NCBI GenBank assembly: GCA_046290225.1
Contig: JBKAGE010000078.1
Coordinates: 477,049-541,048 of the forward strand
Direction: 5' to 3'
Length of the DNA: 64,000 bases
DNA from: Bradymonadia bacterium
GTDB taxonomy: Bacteria > Myxococcota_A > Bradymonadia > UBA7976 > UBA1532
Shown: piece after piece, positions 34,142 to 43,948 of the stretch
Layout: every line of letters begins with the position of its first letter
Position numbering within the stretch: position 1 is the stretch's first letter
The notes under the pieces: generated by a model
What the model was told of the DNA's origin: nothing
The model's database searches: none
What the model saw: only the letters and a program-made list of their open reading frames with translations
Made by a program: the position numbers and the translations under genes

Positions 34142-35647
34142 ATGGCCATCTGCTCCACCGCTCACGCCCGCGCTCGAGGCCTCCTGGTCGCCGCGCTGTG
34201 GGCGCCGGTGCTCGCCCTGACGACGGCCTGCGGCGAGCAGCCAGCCGCAGCCCCGGATGCCGCAGCGGCAGTGGCCATCGACGCAGCGGTCATCGCAGCC
34301 CCCACCTCCACGACCCCCCCCTCTGAAGAGGCTGTGTCACCGGACGCATCGCTGCCCGCTGACGCCGCGACGCCACAAAGCCCCATCATCGTGAACAAGG
34401 GCAAGATTCAACGCGGCCAGGCAGTGGCCACGGCGCTGAAAAGCCACGGCCTCACCAGCGCCGACGTCGCTCAAATCGTGAAGGCCCTCGAAGGGGTGTA
34501 CGACTTCCGCCGCGCCCGGCCCGGCTCGCCTTACGAGATCAAACGGCAACGGGCCGATGGTGCCCTCGTGCGGTTCCGTTTTCAGCATGGCCCCCTCGAG
34601 ATCTACGAGGTGAAGCGGGGTGACGACGGGATCCTCGTCGGGGGCCCTCTCAAAGTGGAGACCCGCACCGAGATCATCAGCAGAGGGGCGAACATCGAGT
34701 CTTCACTCTATGCGGCGATGAAGGCCGCCGGTGAGGAGCCGGGCCTCGTGGCTCTGGTGGTCGACGTCTTCGCCTGGGACATCGACTTCTTCAAGCAGAC
34801 CCGCAAGGGCGACACGTTTCGAGTGGTGGCCGAGAAGATCTTCGTCGCCGACAAGTTCATCCGCTACGGCCGGATTCTCGCGGCGCAGTACGAAGGCAAG
34901 GTGGGCAGCTTCAAGGTCTTCTGGTTCGCCCCCGGAGGAGACGACACTCGGGGGGAGTACTATCTCGAAGACGGCCGCAGCGCCCGAAAGAGCTTTCTGG
35001 CCACCCCGCTCAAGTTCACTCGGGTTTCCAGTGGCTTCGGCAAGCGACGTCACCCTGTGCTCGGCTATACCAAGAAGCACAACGGTGTCGACTATGCCGC
35101 CCCTCGGGGTACCCCCGTCTGGGCCATGGCTGCGGGCAAGGTCACCTGGGCCGGGCGCAAGGGCCCCAGCGGCATCCTGGTGCGCATCGATCATCAGAAC
35201 GGCCTGCAGAGCGCATACGCCCACCTCAACGGCATCGCCAAGGGGGTCAAGCGTGGCACATACGTACGCCAGAAGCAGATCATCGGCTATGTGGGCACCA
35301 CAGGCCGATCCACCGGCCCCCACCTGCACTTTGGGGTGAAGCGCAATGGTCGCTGGATCAACCCCACCAGCCTCAAGATGACCCGCGGTCGCCCAGTGGG
35401 CCGCAAGCACAAGCGCGCCTTCAAGGCCCTCGTGAAAGAGCGCGGCGCTCAACTCGCAGGCATCACCACCCGACGTTTTGAGGAACCCCCTGGCGCAGTT
35501 GAGGTCCAAGAGACCAGAGCCCAGGATACAGGGGCCCAGGATACAGGGGCCCAGGATACAGGGGTCCAGGATCCAGGGGCCCAAGACGCTGGGACCCCTG
35601 AGCAGGGGGCCACCCCGAGCCACCCAGGAGACGCTGAGACCCCATGA
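34142..35647 (+). CDS. M23 family peptidoglycan endopeptidase (MepM-like), probable lipoprotein
   Basis: HNGVDY (HxxxD), YAHL, STGPHLH (HxH), csd3-like middle domain, lipobox-like LTTA-C. Confidence 0.93.
   Translation: MAICSTAHARARGLLVAALWAPVLALTTACGEQPAAAPDAAAAVAIDAAVIAAPTSTTPPSEEAVSPDASLPADAATPQSPIIVNKGKIQRGQAVATALKSHGLTSADVAQIVKALEGVYDFRRARPGSPYEIKRQRADGALVRFRFQHGPLEIYEVKRGDDGILVGGPLKVETRTEIISRGANIESSLYAAMKAAGEEPGLVALVVDVFAWDIDFFKQTRKGDTFRVVAEKIFVADKFIRYGRILAAQYEGKVGSFKVFWFAPGGDDTRGEYYLEDGRSARKSFLATPLKFTRVSSGFGKRRHPVLGYTKKHNGVDYAAPRGTPVWAMAAGKVTWAGRKGPSGILVRIDHQNGLQSAYAHLNGIAKGVKRGTYVRQKQIIGYVGTTGRSTGPHLHFGVKRNGRWINPTSLKMTRGRPVGRKHKRAFKALVKERGAQLAGITTRRFEEPPGAVEVQETRAQDTGAQDTGAQDTGVQDPGAQDAGTPEQGATPSHPGDAETP
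35506..35595 (+). repeat. 15-bp tandem repeat x6 (consensus CCAGGATACAGGGGC) encoding QDTGA-like units
   Basis: Units start at 35506, 35521, 35536, 35551, 35566 and 35581; the inner four are near-identical. Confidence 0.9.
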
Positions 35648-37212
35648 GCAGCTTCATCGAGCGATATCGGCGGGTCTTCTTCTTCACGGGCCTCGCCTGG
35701 TTCGCCCTCCTGCTCATCGTGGGTCTCGTCGTCAGTCAGCTCGAAGCAAAAGAGGGCCTTCACGTCTTCGGTGGTGCTCAATGGCGGGCAGGACAACCCA
35801 CGGCGGTCCGAGTAGGCCTCCGCGTAGTCCGGCGCAGCCAGTTCCAGCACGCGCCCCCCTTGGAAGGTCAGTTGCTCGACACCGACGGCACAGCGCTGGG
35901 TGTCGCCTTCCCCATCGCCAATTACCAGGGCCCCTTCGTCACCGCGTCGATCAACCCGCCGAAAGCGGGCATGCTCACGTTGAAGATCACCGGCACCGGG
36001 CAACATGGCCCGGTGAAGGCAGAGGTGCCCATCGAAGTGGCCGAGGCTTTCACCCCCCTGCCCTTGCCGGTCCCCAAAGCCCGCAAGAAACGACCGCCCA
36101 CCGACCACGGCCCAATCCACCTCGATGTTTTCCCTGCTGATCATGCGGTGCCTGGTGATCTGCCCACAGTCCTCGCTTTCCGGGCCCTCGACGCCTCAGG
36201 CGCTCCTCGCCGAGTCTCCCTCAAGCCAGAGCTGAAGCGCGCCAAATCGACCCGCTTGGCGTTGCCCAGCAGTCTCAAGACCGATCGCCTCGGCCTCGCC
36301 TGGGCGCCGATCTGGTCTGCGCACCCCGAGCTGGAGTTCACCCTCACCACCGAGCAATCCCCACAGCCTGACGGCGCAGAGGGCCCACCCGATCGCTCGT
36401 TGGCGAAACGCACCCTCGTCGATACGCCCACCCAGTTCACCCTCGACGTGGGGAACCCGATCAGAGAGGCGGGGGGCAGCATCGGCGCCACAGTGAGATC
36501 ACTGCACAAGCGAGGCGCTGTCTTCATCGATGTGTACCTCGAAGGCCGCTGGCACAGCACCCACGGCGTGGAGCTGAACACAGGTGAAGGGCAGGCGGTG
36601 GTGCCTCTGCCCGAGTCTCTTCCTCACGACCCGGCACTGGCCTGGGTCCAGGCCTATCGAGATCCGTACCAGCCCGGTAGGGCCCGCGGTGGAAGATGGC
36701 TGCTGCTCACCCAAAAACCTGCCCACGAGGCGGCGAAGGCGCTGATGACCCGGTTGAAAGCCGCCGGGGTGGAGGTGCCGTACATCGAGAAGCTCACCGA
36801 GGCAGGCCTGCCAGGGCCAGGAGACGAGGCCCAGCGTCTCACCCGCTACCTGCTCGGCCGCCTCAAGCGCCCTGAGGCCAACCCACCACTGCTCGCCGAC
36901 TCAGGCAAGTCAGCCCAACTTCAGGTGGACATGCTCAGAGCGGCCTGGATGCAGCGGATGGTGCTGGCCCTCGTGATCAGCGGCTGTGTGCTCTTCATCG
37001 TGGTGGGGCTGCTGTTGTGGCGCAACGCCCGGGAGGTCAGGGAAGGTTTCCAGGCCCTCGACACTGCAGAGGATGGCGAGGAGGCCCTTGATCCCGGCCT
37101 GGTGCTTGCCGCCACCCGAGGCCGCCTGCAATGGGGGGCCGTCTACATGCTCGGTGTGCTGGTCACCTTCATCATCGCCCTGGTCCAGCTGCTCTCCACC
37201 ATCAGCTGGTAG
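35644..37212 (+). CDS. Hypothetical membrane protein (one N-terminal TM, large beta-rich domain, two C-terminal TMs)
   Basis: ATGA-coupled to the M23 gene; hydrophobic segments at both ends. Confidence 0.7.
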   Translation: MSSFIERYRRVFFFTGLAWFALLLIVGLVVSQLEAKEGLHVFGGAQWRAGQPTAVRVGLRVVRRSQFQHAPPLEGQLLDTDGTALGVAFPIANYQGPFVTASINPPKAGMLTLKITGTGQHGPVKAEVPIEVAEAFTPLPLPVPKARKKRPPTDHGPIHLDVFPADHAVPGDLPTVLAFRALDASGAPRRVSLKPELKRAKSTRLALPSSLKTDRLGLAWAPIWSAHPELEFTLTTEQSPQPDGAEGPPDRSLAKRTLVDTPTQFTLDVGNPIREAGGSIGATVRSLHKRGAVFIDVYLEGRWHSTHGVELNTGEGQAVVPLPESLPHDPALAWVQAYRDPYQPGRARGGRWLLLTQKPAHEAAKALMTRLKAAGVEVPYIEKLTEAGLPGPGDEAQRLTRYLLGRLKRPEANPPLLADSGKSAQLQVDMLRAAWMQRMVLALVISGCVLFIVVGLLLWRNAREVREGFQALDTAEDGEEALDPGLVLAATRGRLQWGAVYMLGVLVTFIIALVQLLSTISW

Positions 37213-37267
37213 AGCGATGTAAGAGGTCCTCTAAGATCTCGTCGCTGGCCTCGGGTATAGTGCCCTC

Positions 37268-39031
37268 ATGTTGCGCCGCCTGTCGTCATCACTCCCCCTG
37301 ATCTTCGCCCTCCTCATTCAGATTTGGGCCACTGCCTGCACCACCAGCGCCGAGCCGCGGTGCAGCTCTGACAGTGATTGTCGCAATGGCTTCATGTGCG
37401 ATCTCGAGCGCTTTGTCGGCGAGTGCGTGCAGATCGTCGAGGTCGAAGCCTGCGGCGAAGCTTTGTGTACTCTGCCAGAGGAGCGTTGTGTCGAAGGACA
37501 GTGCCGCGCGGTGACGCCTCAGGCCGATGCGGGGCTCGTCGACGGTGGGCCGTTGACTGATGGTGGTGTCATCGACGTGGCCGACGCAGAGCCCGGCCCG
37601 CCCCCGATGCCTCAGCTCTTCATCGACAGCCCGGCTCCGGACACCCGTTTCATCGATGCCCGACCGGTCGTTACGGGCACTGTGATCAACCTCGTGTCCT
37701 CAGGACGCCTCTACTTCATTCTCGATGATGGCGTCAGTGGTGATCTGTCCCCCGTAGACGGCCGCTTCGAGGTGGCCCTCGATCTGCCCCTCGGCATTCA
37801 CGACATCACCATCGTCGCCGAGCAGGGCACTCACCGCGCCGAGGCCTCGGTGACCTTCACGCTCAACGGCCGCGTGATTCGTCAGGGGAACCGCCTCACC
37901 CTCGGCGCCCGCCCCTTTCGTTTTCTCGGCTTCTCGGCCCCCGGGCTCCTCGACGGTGCCTGGCGCGACCTCTACGGCGATGACGACGACGAAGTGGCCG
38001 CCACGTTCGACGCCGCGAAGCGCCTCGGGGTTCAGGTCATCCGCGCCCGGGCCTATGACGATCGACCCGAAGCCCCTTCAGTGATCCAACGCAGGCCTGG
38101 CGATCTCTCCGAGGAGGGCCTCGTCGCCCTCGACCACCTCATCGCCGAAGCAGAGCGTCGAGGCCTCAAGCTGTGGCTGGTGCTCTCCACCTATGACGGT
38201 ATCTATGGCTCGGTGGACCAGTACCTGAAGTGGGCGGGCTACATGTTCCCCGAGGTGAGCGATCGCAACCGGTTCTTCGAGGCCGGTGAGATCCGCGAAG
38301 GCTTCAAGGCATACGTGCAGGCCATCGTCGACCGGACCAACTCCGTCACCGGCGTACGCTACGGAGACGATCCCACCATCATGGGTTGGGAGCTCATGGA
38401 GGGCCTCTCCGCCCGCGGCGTCTTCGACAGCGCCGGTGCAGGGGCAGAGCTGCTCGACTTCGTCAGCGATGTGACGCGACACCTCGACGGCCTCACCGAG
38501 GATCAGCTGATCGCCGTGGGCGACGAGGGGCAGGATGTCGATCCTCAACCCTACGGCCTGCTCGCTGATGGTCTGGAGAGCGCAGGGTTGTCCAACTTGC
38601 TCGACGGCACCTTCTCGGTCTCGTGGAGACGACACGTGGGGCTGGGCCCAGTGTCTCTCGCAGGCCTGCACCTGCGCCCTGCCCTGCTGGGTTTTCCGGC
38701 GAACGACGCCGGGGAGACCCTCGGCAGCATCTGGCTCTCGGGTCACAGCCGGGTGGCGGCTCAGGCAGGCCGGCCCACGTTGTTGCTCAATGTGCAGGTG
38801 CCTTCGTGGGATGGCCTCGATCTCGCCAGTCGCCGGGAGATGCTCACCACCTGGCTCGATGAAGTGGTGCGTCGAGAGTGGTCAGGGGCATTTGTCGGGG
38901 GGTTCCACCCTGAAGGGCGCGGAGGGGATGATCCCAATCGATGGGGGATGCGCCCGGGGACCCGCCCGGACGATCCGGCGAACGTGTTCGCCGACATCGT
39001 CGAGGCGGTGGCTGCGGAGCTGAGCCTGTAG
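37268..39031 (+). CDS. Lipoprotein with Cys-rich N-terminus, Ig-like domain and GH5 (mannanase-like) domain, catalytic residues apparently lost
   Basis: 'GLVALDHLIAEAERRGLKL' and 'RTNSVTGVRYGDDPTIMGWEL' match GH5 mannanases; NEP and ExG motifs are absent. Confidence 0.8.
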   Translation: MLRRLSSSLPLIFALLIQIWATACTTSAEPRCSSDSDCRNGFMCDLERFVGECVQIVEVEACGEALCTLPEERCVEGQCRAVTPQADAGLVDGGPLTDGGVIDVADAEPGPPPMPQLFIDSPAPDTRFIDARPVVTGTVINLVSSGRLYFILDDGVSGDLSPVDGRFEVALDLPLGIHDITIVAEQGTHRAEASVTFTLNGRVIRQGNRLTLGARPFRFLGFSAPGLLDGAWRDLYGDDDDEVAATFDAAKRLGVQVIRARAYDDRPEAPSVIQRRPGDLSEEGLVALDHLIAEAERRGLKLWLVLSTYDGIYGSVDQYLKWAGYMFPEVSDRNRFFEAGEIREGFKAYVQAIVDRTNSVTGVRYGDDPTIMGWELMEGLSARGVFDSAGAGAELLDFVSDVTRHLDGLTEDQLIAVGDEGQDVDPQPYGLLADGLESAGLSNLLDGTFSVSWRRHVGLGPVSLAGLHLRPALLGFPANDAGETLGSIWLSGHSRVAAQAGRPTLLLNVQVPSWDGLDLASRREMLTTWLDEVVRREWSGAFVGGFHPEGRGGDDPNRWGMRPGTRPDDPANVFADIVEAVAAELSL

Positions 39032-39063
39032 ACTCAGCGTTGCAGGCCTCAGTGCTGCAGGCC

Positions 39064-40971
39064 TCAGTGGGTCTCTTCGAACTCGGCGTCGATGACGTCG
39101 TCGTCACCGCCGGCGGCGCTCGCCTTCGGATCCATGTCGGGGCCCGGGGCTTCACCGGGCGCAGCGCCAGGCGCAGCGCCGCCGTACATGGCCTCGGAGA
39201 GCTTGTGCTGGGCCTGGGTGAGGTTCTCCAAGGCAGCCTTGATGCCCTCGACCCCACCTGACTCCAGAGCGCTGCGCACCCCGGCGATGGCCTGCTCGAC
39301 GTTGGCCTTGTCCGCAGGATCGATCTTGTCGCCGTGCTCGGCGAGCAGCTTCTCGGTCTGGTAAGCCATGGAGTCGGCGGTGTTGCGGACCTCCACCTCT
39401 TCCTTGCGCTTCTCGTCGTCGGCGGCGTGGGACTCGGCGTCCTTCACCATGCGGTTGATCTCGTCGTCGGAGAGACCCGAGGACGCCGTGATGGTGATGT
39501 CCTGCTTGGTGTTGGTGGCCTTGTCCACGGCGGTGACGTTCAAGATGCCGTTGGCGTCGATGTCGAAGGTCACCTCGATCTGAGGTACACCCCGGGGTGC
39601 CGGGGGGATACCCTCGAGGTTGAACTTGCCCAGCAGACGGTTGTCGCCGGCCATCTTCCGCTCACCCTGAAGCACCTGCACCGTCACCGCGCTCTGGTTG
39701 TCGGCAGCGGTGGAGAAGATCTCGCTCTTCTTGGTGGGGATGGTGGTATTCCGGGTGATGAGGGGGGTCATCACGCCACCGAGGGTCTCGATGCCCAGGG
39801 AGAGCGGGGTCACGTCGAGGAGGAGGATGTCCTTCACCTCGCCGGAGAGCACGCCGGCCTGCACCGCAGCACCGAGGGCCACCACCTCGTCGGGGTTCAC
39901 CCCGCGGTGAGGCTCCTTGCCGAAGAACTGCTTCACCTTCTCCTGCACCAGGGGGGTGCGGGTGGAGCCACCGACCAGGATCACCTCGTCGATGTCGCTG
40001 GGGCTCTTGCCGGCATCCTTGAGGGCCTGCTTGCAGGGCGCCAGGGTGCGCTCCACCAGCTCTGCCACCAGCTGCTCGAACTTGGAGCGCGACAGGCGCA
40101 GGTTCAAGTGCTTGGGGCCGCTGGCGTCGGCGGTGAGGAAGGGCAGGTTGATGTCGGTCTCCATGACACTCGACAGCTCGATCTTCGCCCGCTCACCGGC
40201 CTCCTTGAGGCGCTGGAGGACCATGCGATCCTTGCTGACGTCGATGCCCTGATCCTTGCGGAACTCCGCGATCAGGTAGTCGATGACGGCCTGGTCGAAA
40301 TCGTCACCGCCGAGGTGGGTGTCACCGTTGGTGGACACCACCTCCACGACGTTCTCGCCCACCTCGAGGATGGAGACGTCGAAGGTGCCGCCGCCAAGAT
40401 CGTACACTGCTACGAGCTGGTCGTCCTGCTTGTCGAGGCCATAGGCCAACGCCGCCGCGGTGGGCTCGTTGACGATGCGCTTCACCTCGAGACCGGCAAT
40501 GCGACCGGCGTCCTTGGTGGCCTGGCGCTGGCTGTCATTGAAGTAGGCCGGCACCGTGATGACGGCCTCGGTGACGGTCTCGCCGAGGTACTTCTCAGCG
40601 GCCACCTTGAGCTTCTGCAGGATCTTGGCGCTCACCTCGGGGGGCGCCCACTCGCGGCCGCCGGCCTCCACCATGGCCCCGCCGCCCTTGCCCTCGAGGA
40701 TCCTGTAGGGCATGCGGCCGCGCTCGGCCTCGATCTCGTTGTAACGCAAGCCCATGAAGCGCTTGACGCTGAAGACGGTGTTGTCGGGGTTGGTGATGGC
40801 CTGACGACGGGCCACCTGGCCCACGAGGGTCTCACCGCTCTTGTCCCAGGCCACCACCGAGGGGGTGGTCCGGGCGCCCTCTTCGTTGGTGATGACCTTG
40901 GGCTCACCACCCTCCATCACTGCAACGACGGAGTTGGTGGTGCCCAAGTCGATCCCGATGATCTTGCCCAT
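39064..40971 (-). CDS. dnaK: Chaperone DnaK (Hsp70)
   Basis: [32 protein letters not shown] and C-terminal DAEFEE. Confidence 0.99.
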   Translation of the reverse strand: MGKIIGIDLGTTNSVVAVMEGGEPKVITNEEGARTTPSVVAWDKSGETLVGQVARRQAITNPDNTVFSVKRFMGLRYNEIEAERGRMPYRILEGKGGGAMVEAGGREWAPPEVSAKILQKLKVAAEKYLGETVTEAVITVPAYFNDSQRQATKDAGRIAGLEVKRIVNEPTAAALAYGLDKQDDQLVAVYDLGGGTFDVSILEVGENVVEVVSTNGDTHLGGDDFDQAVIDYLIAEFRKDQGIDVSKDRMVLQRLKEAGERAKIELSSVMETDINLPFLTADASGPKHLNLRLSRSKFEQLVAELVERTLAPCKQALKDAGKSPSDIDEVILVGGSTRTPLVQEKVKQFFGKEPHRGVNPDEVVALGAAVQAGVLSGEVKDILLLDVTPLSLGIETLGGVMTPLITRNTTIPTKKSEIFSTAADNQSAVTVQVLQGERKMAGDNRLLGKFNLEGIPPAPRGVPQIEVTFDIDANGILNVTAVDKATNTKQDITITASSGLSDDEINRMVKDAESHAADDEKRKEEVEVRNTADSMAYQTEKLLAEHGDKIDPADKANVEQAIAGVRSALESGGVEGIKAALENLTQAQHKLSEAMYGGAAPGAAPGEAPGPDMDPKASAAGGDDDVIDAEFEETH

Positions 40972-41081
40972 GACTGGCTCCAATGTGTGGAAGTGTTGAA
41001 ATCGTATTTTCGTGACCCACGACAGCCTGGACAGTCAGACGCCGCGGGGGTTTTCAAAGGGTCAAACGACCTACGGCGCCG

Positions 41082-41109
41082 ACCTTAAACACGTCGATTA
41101 CGGTGTCAA
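41082..41109 (-). promoter_or_regulatory. Candidate sigma70-type promoter for dnaK
   Basis: Minus strand reads TTGACA-16 nt-TAAGGT, about 110 nt upstream of the ATG. Confidence 0.5.
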
Positions 41110-41155
41110 CTGCGTGAACTGCGAGTTTCTCGTGGTGAGCGCCCTGGGGGGTGGC

Positions 41156-41737
41156 TCAGCTCGGTGGGCGAGCGCCCATGCGGGCGAAGTCCTCGGCGGT
41201 GAGGTCTCGATCTTTGAGGTGCCTGGCGGGCACGCCGCCGACGATGGTGTACGGCGCCACGTCACGATGCACCACAGCGCCGGCGGCGACGATGGCCCCC
41301 TCCCCCACGGTGACTCCGGGCAGGATCACCGAGTGGGCGCCGATCCAGGCATAGCGCTCGATGTGCACCGCGCCATAATCACCGGTGTGATGGAACAACG
41401 GCGGGCCGTGGCGCTCCGGGTCGAAGGTGTGGCCCACACACGTGATCAACACCTCAGGGCCGAACATCACGTGATCGTCGATGTGAATCTGACCCTGTGG
41501 GTAGGCCATCAGGCGGCAGCCCTGACCCAAGATGACGTCGTCGCCGATGAAGACACACTCCGGGCGACGGAGACGACAGCCGTACTCGATCCAAGTGGTG
41601 CGGCCACATCGCCCGAGGGCGCGGCGGGCCAGGACCATGCGGGGCTTTGGCGGCAGCAGGTCGGCCCCACGCCAGAGGCCCTCGATGGCGTACGAGAGCG
41701 TGCCGCTGCGGGAGATGAGTCGGTCAGTGAGGAACAT
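41156..41737 (-). CDS. Hexapeptide-repeat O-acyltransferase (maltose/galactoside acetyltransferase-like)
   Basis: '[30 protein letters not shown]...GGVPAR'. Confidence 0.9.
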   Translation of the reverse strand: MFLTDRLISRSGTLSYAIEGLWRGADLLPPKPRMVLARRALGRCGRTTWIEYGCRLRRPECVFIGDDVILGQGCRLMAYPQGQIHIDDHVMFGPEVLITCVGHTFDPERHGPPLFHHTGDYGAVHIERYAWIGAHSVILPGVTVGEGAIVAAGAVVHRDVAPYTIVGGVPARHLKDRDLTAEDFARMGARPPS

Positions 41738-41902
41738 GAGTCTTCCTTCGGCGGGGCGCTGCCCGGACATGAGCGCTCAAAAATTGAAGTCGCACCGTAA
41801 ATTTGTGCTCATGTCTCCCCATAAGTCGACGATGTGCAGAGTGACGCTCGCCCCATAACGCTCAAGGACAGAGCGAGACACGGTTGCACGGAGGCACGAG
41901 AG

Positions 41903-42256
41903 ATGGTGGAGATTCACCTCGAAGAGATCGCCCGGGTCGAGCGCTTGCTCCGGGCGCTCAAGACTGGTCAGAGCAGCACCGACGAGATCACCCGACAGGT
42001 GGTGGCGGTGCCGGCCCTCGCACGGCGGCTCACCCACGAGCTGCGCGATCGCCGCACCAGCGGGCCCTACTCGGTCCGTCGGGCGATCTCCCTGTTGGGG
42101 CTCGATCGAGTCCGCGCCCACATCAAAGAGATGCTCGATCACTGGCTCAACGCCGTGGAGCGCCCTGGTGGCGCCCAGATCATCGGTGATACGCAACAGA
42201 CGCCCATCCCCCGCCACGAGAGCGGGCGACGGCGTCGGTCGAGGCTCACCGCCTGA
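41903..42256 (+). CDS. Small protein resembling the N-terminal half of an HDOD domain
   Basis: 'EITRQVVAVPALARRL...SVRRAISLLGLDRVR' parallels the HDOD pattern DPALxxxLL...SIxxAIxxLG. Confidence 0.6.
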   Translation: MVEIHLEEIARVERLLRALKTGQSSTDEITRQVVAVPALARRLTHELRDRRTSGPYSVRRAISLLGLDRVRAHIKEMLDHWLNAVERPGGAQIIGDTQQTPIPRHESGRRRRSRLTA

Positions 42257-43948
42257 TCACCGCCGCCGCCAGCGCCCCCAACCCCAGGCGCCGAAGATGA
42301 AGATGCAGCAGCCCCAGCCAAAGGCGTCACCGATGATTTGATACACGGTGGCCGACTGCAGCAGGGGCACATCGTCGATCAAGGTCTCGGCTCCAGTCGG
42401 TGCCGTCTGCTTCCGCAGGCGACCCACGGGATCGACGAAGGCGCTCACCCCCGTATTGGTGGCCCGAATGAAGGGCACCCGGTTCTCGATGGCCCGGGGG
42501 ATCGTCAAGATGAGGTGCAGGTAGCGCTCGGCGGTGATGCCGAACCAGTCGTCGTTGGTGATGTTGGCGAGGAAGTGGGGGCGGTTCTTCGCCACCTCAC
42601 GGGTGAAGGCGGGGATGATGCCCTCGTAACAGATGATGGTGCCGATGCGCACCGGGCCCTTGATGCCGTTCTTCTCGCCGAAGATCTCTGTCTCGATGAC
42701 ATCGGTGCTGGTGCCGGCGGTGAGATCACCTGCGGCGGGCACGTACTTGAAGATCCAGGGGAAGTACTCGCTGAAGGGGATGTATTCCCCGAACATGAGC
42801 AGGTAGACCTTGTCGTAGGATCCCTCCACCCTGCCGTCGCCGTTCACCAGATATGCAGTGTTGTAGTAGGCGTACTTGTCGTCTTCGGGGTACCGCAGCT
42901 CTTTCTTCTGCTCAGCGGTCTGCAGCCCCATGAGCACCGGCACGTCGAAGCCCCGGACGATGGCCCGGCGATCACGCAACGGCGTGCCCCGCTGGAGATC
43001 GTCGGCGTAGCTCTCCGGGAGAGGGGCATCGGAGGTGGGCAGCGCCTTCAGCCGCTTGGCGACGATATTCGCTCGGTAGGCTGTCTCCGACCACACCACG
43101 AGATCAGCGCCCTGCTTCTGCAGTTCCGCGGTCTGTCTCTGCAGGATGACCACGTGATCGTCGCGCTGCTTCCTGGTCTCCCGTTGGAAGATACCCACGT
43201 CGTTCTCGGCGATGCCCACCTTCAGGCTCGGGGCCTCTTCGACGGCGCCGTCGAACTGCACGATCCGGAAACCACCATAGGCGAGCACCGCGGCGAGCAT
43301 GGCGGCGGTGCTCAGCGTCGCCTTCATGGGGCGGCCTCGGCCTTCGAATCGGCACCGCACCCACAGATAGAGCACGGCGTTGACCCGGTAGATCAGGAAG
43401 GTGACCCCATAGATGCCCACGAGATCGGCGATCTGCATCACGGGCAGGAACTGATACTGGCTGTTGCCCATGTAAGCGGGGAAGATCCGAGGCCACAGCA
43501 TCTCCACGGCCACCATGGCCAGAGGGGCGGACCACTGAATCGGCACCGGGGTGGTGTTGCCCACGCGGTTCACGAGGCGAGCCCAGATGGCCCACATGAG
43601 GCCGAGCTGCAGACTGTGGAGCAGCCACCCGAGCATCGCCAGGGGCCAGGGCAGCTGGCCGAAGGTGATCAACAGGCTCGCGATCCAGTAGTAGCCGCCG
43701 CCGTTGATGACGGTGCCGCACGCGAGCCCCCACCAGAAGGCCTGCTTGGGGCTCTTGTTCCGCAACATCCACAGCAGAGGGACATGGCTGAACCAGATGA
43801 GCCACCAGAACTCGTACTCCGGGGCCAGCGCGGTAGGGAACGAAGCGAAGGTGAGCACCCCGGCGAGCACGCACCACAGCCAGTCCATCGGCGAGGTCTG
43901 GCGTACGGCGGCGAGGCGACGCCTCAAACCCTTCAACGGGCCCTTCAC
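42257..43948 (-). CDS. lnt: Apolipoprotein N-acyltransferase
   Basis: Multiple transmembrane helices and the nitrilase triad VWSET, YDKVYLLMFGEY, ICYE, plus ITNDDWF and RAIENR. Confidence 0.96.
   Translation of the reverse strand: MKGPLKGLRRRLAAVRQTSPMDWLWCVLAGVLTFASFPTALAPEYEFWWLIWFSHVPLLWMLRNKSPKQAFWWGLACGTVINGGGYYWIASLLITFGQLPWPLAMLGWLLHSLQLGLMWAIWARLVNRVGNTTPVPIQWSAPLAMVAVEMLWPRIFPAYMGNSQYQFLPVMQIADLVGIYGVTFLIYRVNAVLYLWVRCRFEGRGRPMKATLSTAAMLAAVLAYGGFRIVQFDGAVEEAPSLKVGIAENDVGIFQRETRKQRDDHVVILQRQTAELQKQGADLVVWSETAYRANIVAKRLKALPTSDAPLPESYADDLQRGTPLRDRRAIVRGFDVPVLMGLQTAEQKKELRYPEDDKYAYYNTAYLVNGDGRVEGSYDKVYLLMFGEYIPFSEYFPWIFKYVPAAGDLTAGTSTDVIETEIFGEKNGIKGPVRIGTIICYEGIIPAFTREVAKNRPHFLANITNDDWFGITAERYLHLILTIPRAIENRVPFIRATNTGVSAFVDPVGRLRKQTAPTGAETLIDDVPLLQSATVYQIIGDAFGWGCCIFIFGAWGWGRWRRR

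Noticed and set aside
35506..35595. Possible CRISPR array
   Set aside because: The 15-bp units are contiguous with no spacers, lie in frame within a CDS, and no cas genes are present.
40972..41155. CIRCE or sigma32 heat-shock elements upstream of dnaK
   Set aside because: No TTAGCACTC-N9-GAGTGCTAA. A CTTTGAAA is present but has no properly spaced CCCCAT.
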